From Antedon mediterranea (Eukaryota > Animalia > Echinodermata): a DNA stretch of 64,000 bases. Position 1 is the stretch's first letter. Every line of letters begins with the position of its first letter. The stretch lies in assembly GCF_964355755.1 (NCBI RefSeq), contig NC_092680.1, positions 15,323,045-15,387,044 on the forward strand, written 5' to 3'. Positions 1-10,668 of the stretch are shown piece by piece. The notes beneath the pieces are model-generated. The model saw nothing but the letters and a program-made list of their open reading frames with translations. It did no database searches and was not told the origin of the DNA. Made by a program: the position numbers and the translations under genes.

Positions 1-381
1 ATGGCTGAAGTAAACAAACAACAAAACTACTGACTTTTCTCTTTCTTTTTTACTGTTAACAAGTCAGTAGAATTGTGCTGCTTGATATTATGTAATTGTG
101 AACCATTATTAACTTTTTGTACCTGTATATATATATTGTAATAACTGTATGAATTTATTTTGTAAACATTTTGTATGGGTCGAACCTCTTGTTACGAGAG
201 TGTTCCTCCGTTTTAAAGGAGAGTAACCAATAAATATTATTATATTATTAAGAGAGGGCGCTACTACATTTTACACCAGAATATTAAACTACTTATACCT
301 TCACAAATGAATGCAGTAATAATAGCTACAATATAATGTAATAACTGAAAAGAATAATTTAAATAATTTGCTTATTTACAG

Positions 382-3300
382 GTGTGATATTAGGACACGA
401 AACGGATGACAATGACTTGTACAAGAATATATTTAAGGACGCTGTAAACATTGTCAACAGGAATTCTACATTCCTTTCTGGCCAGCATCAAATGTTACTC
501 ATCGACCATGTTTTATATGCCAACTATGTTTATCCAGCATTACAAGCAGGTATGACATCATCCTATTTATTATCACTAACACTCATTTATTTGTCATGAT
601 ACTTTAATTCTTTGTATTCGTCATTGATATTGTTTATATTTGCATTATTTATACGTGTCAGCCACGTGTCAGTCGCACACCATATTCACATATCTTCACT
701 TGTCCTCATTCTTTTTTTATTTATCCTAATTTTCCATTTTCTTTCTTTATTCCCCTCTTTCTCTTCTTCGTTCCTCTCTTTCTCTTCTTCGTTCCTCTCT
801 TTCTCTTCTTCGTTCCTCTCTTTCTCTTCTTCGTTCCTCTCTTTCTCTTCTTCCAATTCATCTTCTTCAGTGTTCATCTTAATTCTCCTCCTCTTTCTGT
901 TTTCCGTACTCTTTTTATCCTTTCCGCTTCATTTCACACTCTTTATTTCATCCTCTTCCTCTAGCTTTTCATAACAATACCATTCTTTTTTCCCTCTTCC
1001 TCTTTTCTCTCTAATGCTATTCATCTTCTTACTTTTCCTCCCTTTTACCCTCTTCATTTTTCATCCTTATCTTTCTTCTATAATTTCTTATAAATATTGA
1101 AATTACATTTATCAACAGTTTGCAATACCATGGTGCAAACACAGCGAGTGTCGTCACTGATACTGCCAGAAGATATTTGTCCCATGTGTGGCGATGTCGC
1201 AGCTATGGCTAGCCATGCGACAAGTCCAGTGTTCAGTCTAGATCCGGGTAGTTTGAAGTCTGGTTCAGTGGCTTTCAAGATGCACCCTTCTCCAGAGGAT
1301 ATGAGCGAATTTTTTCTCGACATGCTCGTCTATTTCAACTGGAGAAATTTTATGATTATTTATGACACCGACCAAAGTAAGTTAGATAGATTTAAGATAT
1401 CTAGTTTATACTAGGCATAAATTAAATACACACGGAACTGGCCTTAAGTACAACACTTAAAGTCAGCAAAAATACCAATATGGTATGCGAGCTCTTTCAA
1501 TAATTTCTTTCAGAGTTATTAGATTAGTTAACTGAGCTGAATTCTACAGTTCAGAACGACAACTGTAACTATTATACTTGCAATACTTTTTCACAGTTTA
1601 CGCTAATCTGGAGGACGTCATAAGTGCTGGAAACATTTATAAGTGGAACATAACTCTGCGAAAGTACGATAATAACTTCGATCGTATCGTAGAATTCATC
1701 AAGATTGAGGAAATTCGGAACATATTTCTGTATACGTCGACAGAAAAGACTACCCGGAGAATAATGGAAATGGTACGGTAATGTGACTATTATTTAAACA
1801 ATAATCACAATAAACACGGTTGATGTTGTTGTTGCATGGTGTCCTTTAATGTATGTAGTATACAATTTCTTTTAAATGCTAAAGTGGGCGTCTACTGAAT
1901 AAATATCTATGTGCATATAACCTGTAACTACTTGAACACTACCGTCATTCTCGCTTACAATAATAACATTAATTATTATTATGCCAGTTATCGGGTTTGT
2001 ATATTACATAACGGTAACATTAGGCATACACATTTTCTGTAAAAAAAGAAGATGACATAACCAATGAACCAATCAACATTTAAACGGTATTAAGGGCTTA
2101 GTTTGAGAATCAGTGCGTTTAAGTATTATGCCTACATATTATTCATTTCATATTCGTAGGGGCTTGACGAAGGCGTGGTTAGTGACCAACACCATTGGAT
2201 TGTGGGAAATCTGGTAAGTATTGTACTGTAAATGTAGAACTACGTATATTAATTGTCGATAATGATTATCTGATTAACTTTTTTCTTCTTTTTACTTGAA
2301 AATACATCCGTCTCTTGTTTTATTTTAGGACGTCTATTTAGATCGTAGTTTTATGGAAGAATTAGAAGTAAACCGTGCGTACATGACAAGATTTAAAATG
2401 AACTATACGACACAGTGGCAGTACTCTTATCCGAGCTCTCCCGATCGCCGTCTGATAGATTGGCCTTTACGTGAGCGTCTTAGCTTTGACGCAGTGCTTA
2501 CAATTGCGCACGGAATGCGCAGATACAGAGAACGCGTGCGTGAAGAGGGTCGCATTGAAGACATCAATATATTACCAGGTGATACTATGATGAATTCATG
2601 TCCAATCAACAGTGATACTCCAACCCGTGCTCTTTGGAATGACGACTTGACTTACGTAAGTAATTGTTGTAGATGTTGTAAAATATCATGATTTTAACCA
2701 AATGAAATATGTAGGCATTTTTTCCGTAAATAAACGTAGGCCTACGGTATTATTCGTTTTTTATTGTTTAGGTAATGACTACAATTATAATACCTTTAAT
2801 AAAATTAAACAACAAATAGTGCAAGGACAGCAGTTCCAGTTGCTGCTTTTGCATATTGACAGTAAATGAACTGTAAAGCAATTTCTTATGAATAACTTTT
2901 TTTCAGTACAATTTTGAGGGACTCACTGGTAACGTAGCGTTCAACCCAAATGGAGATCGTGTGAATTACACAATAATGATATACAGCGGACAGGGCGAAA
3001 CCTTTGACACAGTTGTAAGTCAGTAACGTATTAGAACAAAATATGTATGCGGAGTGTAGAAACAAAATTGTTTTGTACATAATAGATTTTTATGTATCGT
3101 ACTAAAGATTGGTTGCCACTGGAGATGAAACGCAAGGATGTAAAGGCAACGTAAGCGAGTTGACCAATCAGAAGCTTTGGATTATTCAAACTTTCGATTT
3201 ACATTGGTCAACACGCTTGCGTTGCGTCATTGCGCCCTTGTCCAATGTAAACCAATCTTAATCCTAATAAACTAGTTTAAAGGTAAAGGTAAAGGTATTC

Positions 3301-6300
3301 ATATTTGTCCTCAAGCTTAACTGGAAACTGAGGAAATTCGGATTAGGCCCTCCACGGACCCACGGCAGCCAGCAGTGCAGCGCCTACCAGATCAGCACAC
3401 TGGGAGACGATCCCCTACTCTTTTCGAATAGTGTACCAAGTTCTTTAACGTGCACTGTTAAGTACACGGGACCAACGGCTTTACATCCCATCCGAAGGAC
3501 GAGGCAATGAGAGTAAAGCGCCTTGCCTAAGGATGCAATTAGTATGGTAACCTCGAACCCATGTCTATCACATGCTAGTCCGATATTACCATTACACCAT
3601 CACTCTCCAGTATATACAGCACCCGCCGCGATTTCTAGACGATCTCCCATCCAGAACGCAACCAGGCCCAACGTTGCTTAACTTCGGTGATCTGACGAGA
3701 ACCGGTGTTTCAACGCAGTAAAAAATAGTCGTACTTCTAATTACCGTGTTTTTAACGTCATTTGTTTTAACTGATATTGTAAGGATGGTTATTACTCATG
3801 AAATAAATCTTTGTGTTTATGTATTTCAAAACACTTTTTTTAGCGTGGTGAGTGGTCGCAAAATCCACTACATTGGGAAAGCCGATACAACATCGAGTGG
3901 CGCAATGAGGGACGTTTAAACGTAACCAAGTACGTACTTGGGCTAGAGAGACGTCTTAAAGTGGTTTCAATTCTGGTAAGTCTAATAATAATTACTTTGT
4001 CTATCACAAGAAGCTCGCAGTGGAATCTGAGACAAGTCGCGATGTTGTTTGTACTGGCTTGTTCTATATCCTATATACTGCATATCAATATATTGTTTCG
4101 TGTTAATAGAATTTAGCATTTATGATGGTGATACTGTAACATGTACTCTAGTAATTGTGATGCCGAAGAAAACTTATTGAGATTTTCAGTATAGATATAC
4201 ATAGCGTATTTTTCAGCATCTTTACATGGATACACTGACTCACCCACTCGCTTTTTCATCAAATACTCAGGAACTGTACTAAAATAACAATTACTTTTGG
4301 AATATTGATCGTATAACATTTTATAAGACTATGGTAATTATATTGTCTCTAGAACAGACTCTAGTCAACTAGTTATTCTTGTTATTTTTAATAACATTGA
4401 CAATGACGTATTAATATTGACGTATTAATATTGTCTATTTTTCAGCAAGCTCCGTTCTTGATGTACAGAGATAAAGTTGATCGTTATCGAGGTAATGCCC
4501 GATTTAGAGGCTACATCATGGATCTGCTGGAGGAGATTGCCCGTGTCGTAAAGGGTATCAATTTTGAGTACGAGGTTGAGTTGGTTGCAGATGGAAAATA
4601 CGGTCGAAGAGATGAGTACAGCAATGAATGGGACGGACTGATTGGAGAGCTTGTTCGTAGAGTAAGTCAGAAATGGATTTCAAGTGATTCCCATTTACTT
4701 GTTTCATAGGCCTACTAAATATTTAATTAGTTGTGTCATAACTTAACATAACATAAGTTTGCGAAACTGTATATTATACAATAACAAATTGAATATAACG
4801 ATCGATTCTTCATTTTGTAGTGGTAAAAGACAAATAAAAATAGGTTTTGTAAATATCAGAGACAGATACAAAAGTATTGTATCGTTCTATCTCAGAATTA
4901 AGTTTAATACAATGTAAAAAAGTGTGCACTCAATTTTATTGCCAGCATTGTTTGTAAAAAAAAAACTGTCTCGTTTGTAGGCGCGCCTAAATGTCGTGGC
5001 GTTATGTTTACTATTAATCACAGAAGATTTACTATTCTTGTAAATTTGATTTCATTTACTTTTGTATGACCCGTCGACAAGTTTACTAGTGAGGGACCTT
5101 CTTTTGCAATCATATTTATTGTTATATAGGCCTATTGTAATTTTTTTTGGGAAATATTTTATATAATATTTGATTGTTCTTGCAGAAGGCTGATATTGCA
5201 GCTGGACCGGTTTCAATAACGTCAGAACGTGACGCAGCCGTAGACTTCAGTTATCCATTCATGCATAGCGGTCTTCAGATTCTCATCAAACACCCGAATC
5301 ATGTGCTGGATGACCCCTTTGCGTTCATGTATCCTTTTGGAATTGAAGTCTGGTTCTTGAATGCCATATGTTTCTTGATGGTAAGCGCTCTTTTATGGGT
5401 CATCAATTCGTTTAATCCATATGAATGGAAGGCATCAGTTGAACGACACGAAACCTTCGGCGAAAACATTGACAACTTCAGTTTCAAAAATTCTCTCTGG
5501 TTCTCTGCTTCTACGCTTGTGTTCCAAAGTTACGATGCATCACCAAGATCAACGGCTGGCAGAGTCATAGCAGGATTCTGGTGGGTGTTTGTGGTCATTA
5601 TGGTGTTCTTGTATTTGACAAACCTGACATTTTGGCTGACAGCGTCTAAGCGTCTTGCAACGATTCGTTCTGCAGAAGATCTACTAGATCAATATGAAAT
5701 TAAATATGGCGTCGTTGATGAAGGTTCTGTGTATTACTTCTTGAAGAACTCATCAAACCCTGATTTTCAACAAATGTACAGCACTGTTGAAAACACTATT
5801 CCGAAGCCAACCGTGGCTAACGTTAGTGAAGGTGTTAAAAAGGTTCGCGAATCAAATGGAGACTTTGCGTTCATTGACGAAACTGGAATTCTAAGATATC
5901 AAGCCGATCAGGCCGAACCTTGTGATTTATACGTTACAGGTGGGTTTATTTCAAGGAACAGTTACGGCCTAGCTGTTCAGAAAGACTCGCCTCTTCGTGA
6001 CCAACTGTCGTTTGCTATTGAAACCCTGCGTGACACGCGTTCACTGGAGCATCTCGAACGTCAGTGGTGGCAGTGGGATAGTAAGTGTGGTAATTTGACA
6101 ACGTGGGAGAAACAAGGTATTTACTCTCTTACTAGTGTTGATCTTATGGGAGTTTATATTCTCTTGATAATCGGATGTATTGCAGCAGGAGTAGTCTTCT
6201 TAATAGAATGTATATGTACCGGTAAGGATGTAGATCAAAGAAGGGAAAGAGCTCCTGCGCGTAGGGATGCGCGTAGGGATGATAACAGAGGACCGACTTC

Positions 6301-6373
6301 GACTACTGCTGTTGGCGGAGGAACCCCTATTCAGCCGCTTCCAGGTCAGACCCATCACCAACAGTGGATTTAG
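382..6373 (+). CDS. Divergent ionotropic glutamate receptor, cluster gene 1 (5' partial; signal-peptide exon lies upstream of the window)
   Basis: GT-AG exons 382-549, 1119-1376, 1597-1772, 2160-2213, 2329-2655, 2907-3014, 3844-3975, 4446-4661, 5186-6373 join in frame. Motifs: ATD (YFNWRNFMIIYD, FEGLTGNVAFN), S1 (DGKYG..WDGLIGELV, ADIAAGPVSITSERDAAVDFSYPF), M1, pore loop SLWFSASTLVFQSYDASPRS, M3, S2 (YGLAVQKDSPLRD), M4. Confidence 0.93.
700..1078 (+). repeat. Polypyrimidine low-complexity tract with a 21-bp tandem repeat (CTCTTTCTCTTCTTCGTTCCT x ~4.5, ~756-852)
   Basis: Directly visible in gene 1 intron 550-1118; source of the spurious F/S-rich and E/K-rich ORFs. Confidence 0.9.
3105..3260. 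mobile_element. Degenerate PIF/Harbinger-like MITE (same family as 28028 and 61536)
   Basis: Imperfect TIR AAAGATTGGTTGCCACTGGA...TCCAATGTAAACCAATCTT; internal ACGCAAG/TGACCAATCA/CGCTTGCGTTGCG motifs shared with 61536-61702. Confidence 0.65.
3279..3720 (-). mobile_element. SINE with 5S rRNA-derived head, tRNA-like segment, Deu/Nin-like core and (ACCTTT)3 tail
   Basis: Minus strand: 5S-like 3720-3615; tRNA A/B-box-like 3609-3545 (GATGGTGTAATGG...GGGTTCGAG); core CCTTCGGATGGGATGTAAAGCCGTTGGTCCC...CACGTTAAAGAAC...CACTATTCGAAAAGAGTAGGGG; tail seen as AAAGGT x3 on + at 3279-3296. Confidence 0.8.
3615..3720 (-). pseudogene. 5S rRNA-derived sequence (SINE head, not a functional rRNA gene)
   Basis: Reverse complement contains CACCGGTTCTCGTCAGATCACCGAAGTTAAGCAACGTTGGGCCTGGTT...GGATGGGAGATCG, matching metazoan 5S rRNA. 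The 5' end is truncated and there is no oligo-T terminator. Confidence 0.85.
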
Positions 6374-8065
6374 TAGGCTTACATGCAGAATCATTCCACC
6401 TTACTTTAATAATTGTAACTGATCAGATTTTGTTTTGCTCATAATAATATACATTCTCTGGGAATTTGGTTAAAACATAATGTAGTTTTCGTTTATTAAG
6501 GTATTTGAACAATCGCGTAGATATGCTAGTAGTCCTGATAATAAGTTGACTTGCTGAAAACTACGCCAAATCTTTTGATTAAGGAAATGATTATACGTAA
6601 GCAGATATTGTATACATAAGAAAAAACAGTTTCTTGGATTTTATCATTGCAACAGAATTGTGTGTTTGTTGTTTGTTTATTGCATAAAGTGATATTTTAT
6701 ATCTAGCTATATTTCAACACATCTTAGACATATTTCATTGTATTTAATCACGTTCTTACTTATGTTTTCCTGATTTAAACAATATGATTAATTTTTAAAA
6801 AGTATAGTCTAATCCAAGGTTGGTTTCAGACACGGAGAGAGTAACACATCGTAGGCCTATGCAGGGTAATAATGTTAAATATGCGAATAACCGTACCGCA
6901 GCATAATGTCGAGAACTCGTTCGAAAATACTAACCCTCGTAACACATTGTGGCTGAGCTTAACCTGCTGAGATAATTGTGATTCATATATGATGGTGTGA
7001 GGATTAACTTTTTTTGTCTTGTTGTACTTATTTGATGTTTATAATTGACACAGAACAGACGTCAGTAGTTTCGTCTTAAACTAATTGTAAATTACCATGT
7101 CAATATAATTTAGTTTTGATAATATTTAGGCCTGGGCTTAAATTTATTTTAGTATGATAAATTTAAATACAGATAATCTTCGTGGATCCTGGTAATATTG
7201 CTTTGAGTTATTACTTTTTTTATAAGTAAAATATGCAAACACAAAGTAACTGTAAGAGTTTAGACGTTGAGAAAAAATAAATACATTTTCTACAAAAGTG
7301 TGTGTCTTTCTTCATTTTATATTTTAAGTTATACAACACAACAATATTATATATTATAGCTATTGTTGTATTGAAGAAAAATATATTTTTCTAAACATTT
7401 TATTTTCAGATTGAGAATAACTCAAGTTTAATAGCTGATTTTATTATAATAATAATTATTGTAATATTCTCAATAAGTACAATATAATAGGCGTAGGCCT
7501 ATAATCAAAATATAGAAAAGGCATCACTCGATACACTGATGTCAAAAATTTAAGATTTGATCAAGGAACATCTAAGTCTACTTCTATTTCACCATAATCG
7601 AAACTTACAATCAATTTTTTTTAAGTGTGTTTCGTTTTTATATTATAGTATATTTTAAAAAGGATTAGTATCAAGAGGTGAGTTTCTGTAAATCATACGG
7701 AACAGAATCAATGGGCAGAAAAGAAACTAAATTATGTTAAGGTTCGCAATACATCGTTGCACCTTCATGGTTCACGAAGTGTTTCCAAAAAGAACAAATA
7801 TAGTAAAGTTTAGCATGTTTAAACGTTTCAATTGTTTCATAATAGACATATTCGCAACTTTAATTTATTTGATCTAGGTTACTGTTTATTTTTCATGCAA
7901 TAGTATTTTTAACTTCATTGTAATAGTTTGCTACTGATTATCTTTCTTATTCATTGTTAAGCAGACTAGTGTTAGAATTAAAGACACAATTCAGGATACC
8001 AAACACTACAATACAAGCAATAGTGGTTATGGGGCACTAGCAATTATAATTCGCTTTCCAGGAGA

Positions 8066-8596
8066 TTAGTGGGGGACTGGCTCTTTGTTAAGCTCCACCA
8101 CCCTATTATAGGACTGCGTTCCTTTATACATGCCACGTTCTTCCCATATTTTGTTTCTTTTCTTCAGCACAGCCGGCCTTGAATGGTACATCAATGTTTC
8201 CATTCTGGATGACCACCTGGACGTTTAGTTTGGTGTAAGGAGCAACATTCGGCGGCAAAGTAACATTAAATTCTTCAGACTTGGTATTCTCCAAACCTTG
8301 ATTTTCGCCAACAGAGAACGTGTTTTCAACGCTCATTGTGATTTCACCATTAGCAATAATCGGCACACCTGTCGAGTACGTAGATGATACAGTTTGTGAA
8401 AGGACATTGTCCCAATGCCACTCGTAGGTTTTAGGTTTGGATACAGAAAGAGATCGTTCGCCTGTAGGTGTCTGGACACTGGAGCTGATTGACTTGTTGA
8501 TTACAACTTGGTCAAACATGCTTTCAGGGGTCGATTGTATAGTAAAGCAGCAGGTATGTCAAATTCCATGCTGATGATCTCTGTATGGAATTTCGG
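8066..8596 (-). pseudogene. Natterin/aerolysin (ETX/MTX2)-like pore-forming domain, frameshifted pseudogene exon
   Basis: After an AG acceptor at 8598-8597: PKFHTEIISMEFDIPAA, frameshift near 8540, then QSTPESMFDQVVIN...TYEWHWDN..STGVPIIANGEITMSVENTFSVG...NVAPYTKLNVQVVIQNGNIDVPFKA, frameshift near 8172, then VLKKRNKIWEERGMYKGTQSYN...stop 8068-8066. The Ser/Thr-rich beta hairpin and the VPF..GxYxG pattern fit the aerolysin fold. Confidence 0.75.
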
Positions 8597-9049
8597 CTAA
8601 AAAAGAAGACAAGTAACATTTGCTGTAGGCAATACTGACAATTATGACAAATATATGAATTTTGAAATAAATAGAAGCTATAGTTATAACTTTAACATAT
8701 AAATCCAAAGGCAAATTACTGAAAATGACAATGCTGCGGGTATCTGTGGCTGGATCTCAATGGAGATACAAGAAAAAGCGAAAAGCTAAATCAAAACGAT
8801 AAAGTAAAAACAGCCTGAAGAGCTTCCGGGCAACAGTGGTCCTTCATCAGTGCAAGTTTTCAGATTTCAATTTATTTAATTGACGTGTTAAATACAAGGA
8901 ACTAGACAAAACTCGATATAGGAAGTATAAATTGAGGTTTACGTATGAAACGCCATGTGTTTAAAAAAATGTACCATTTTACCAATATCAAGTCGAATCT
9001 CCGACACCAGAATCAGTTATGCTTACCTCCAACACTGGTCGTAGTGAAC

Positions 9050-9360
9050 TAAATCGTTAGGGGTGGTCACTTTCGAGAGGTCATTTTGATGGCAGATGGT
9101 CGATTATGAGAAGCGGTCCTTTAATAGAGAGACAAGGGGGTTGTGGTCCCTTAAAAGAGGTGGTCACTTACGAGAGGTGTGGTCGTTAAGAGAAGTGGTC
9201 GCTTACGAGAGGTGATCGATTATGAGAAGCGGTCCCTTATGAGACGAGGTGATCCCTTACGAGAGGTGGTCGACTATGAGAAGCGGTCCCTTACAGAGAT
9301 GGTTGCTTACGATGTGTGGTCGTTTTAGAAAGTTGGTTGCTTACGAGAGGTGGAAAGACT
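9050..9360. repeat. ~19-bp minisatellite (GAGGTGGTCGCTTACGAGA-like), probably the subterminal array of a Tc1/mariner-type MITE
   Basis: About 15 diverged units visible, ending GAGAGGTGGAAAGACTGATA. Confidence 0.75.
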
Positions 9361-10668
9361 GATAGCTAAGTAAAGATCTATTTAGACATTTTTGTTAAAG
9401 TATACAACATTTTCTACAATAGCTGGCGATAGTAACTACATAAGCTAAGCTGGGAGGCAAATTTTGTTACTTACATAGGCTAGATCGTTTCTATATTAAA
9501 TACCTGGTGTTTTAAGCTGACAAGTGGCCCACGTCAACATTTGACAGGCGTCAACTCTTAAAACGAGCGCGTGGAACTGTGACGTGACGTATCGAAAATG
9601 GCCAGTCAGGGAGTAATTAGTTGTAATTACTAGTCCCTGGGCCAGCCAGTCCCAGATCATGGACCGCGGTTTGGATTCGATTAGGCCCGGTTATTGTGAT
9701 GTGACGTATGGTTAGGGTTACCGCACTAGCCAATTACTAGGCAATACAATATAAATACAATACATAGATAAATTAGACGTTTCTTGAAAAACCCGATGTC
9801 TAGCCATGTATTTAAAACAATATTATTGCACTGCACACCACTGTACATGGTACACATACATACTCAAGTGAATTATTTCATAATCTATATTAACTTAACT
9901 TCTAGACATTTCCAGAACAATTTATAATTCAAATATAAAAATTGCAGAATTTTACTAATATTATAAAATACTTTAAACTACGCTCGCAAGAAAATGAACT
10001 TGTCCGATGTTGATGTAATTAATCCTATCAGACTACGCATACGATTTATACATGGGTTGATCCTGATTTAAAATATTATCAGTTGATTCGCAACTTTCTA
10101 TAGATGACCGTGGCAAGAGACACGGTGTTAAAAAAGGTGTCTTTAGCATTATGTAATCGTCTGATCACACCGTCTCTGAAAATTGTTGTTGTTGTTTTGT
10201 CCATAATTCGATGGATAACAGGGTTAAAATGATAAGTGCTTTAACCAAAATATGATCATTTGTGGTATAAACTTTTAAAATACGAAATTTACAAAACCTT
10301 CAGGCATGTTTTTCAAAAAGCAATGTTAAACAAGCAGTTTGTACATGATATTACAATAATATTGAGAACATTAAGTATTGTACCACATTGTAAAATTTAC
10401 ATATCACTGCAAAGTCGTTCTGGTCCACCTGTTTCGATTTGTGCATTGGTCCTTTCAACACTTATATAATATGATAGCTTTCAAGTTTCGCATAGTACGG
10501 TGGCGCTTTTGCAATCTTCTTGAGTTGATTAAACGATAAATTATTAAACATGTAGGCGTGTCGTATGTTGCAAGTATTTGCCAAGATTAACCCTCTTGAC
10601 ACAAGCTACGGAGACCAACAGGAACGACGTCCAGCGAAATATCGTCGACGAATTCAATTCTGTTGATA

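Noticed and set aside
612-974. 120-aa F/S/L-rich ORF and antisense EEEKERN-repeat ORF (686-877)
   Set aside because: Both are translations of an intronic polypyrimidine 21-bp tandem repeat.
3615-3720. Functional 5S rRNA gene
   Set aside because: 5' truncated, diverged at the 3' end, no terminator, and fused to a SINE body.
8813-8852. Second hammerhead-like motif on the minus strand (CTGATGAAGG...CCGGAAGCTC)
   Set aside because: The GAAA core is mutated and stem II pairs poorly; at most a decayed Penelope-type remnant.
9050-9360. CRISPR-like appearance of regularly spaced repeats
   Set aside because: Units are contiguous with no unique spacers, no cas genes are present and the context is eukaryotic; it is a minisatellite.
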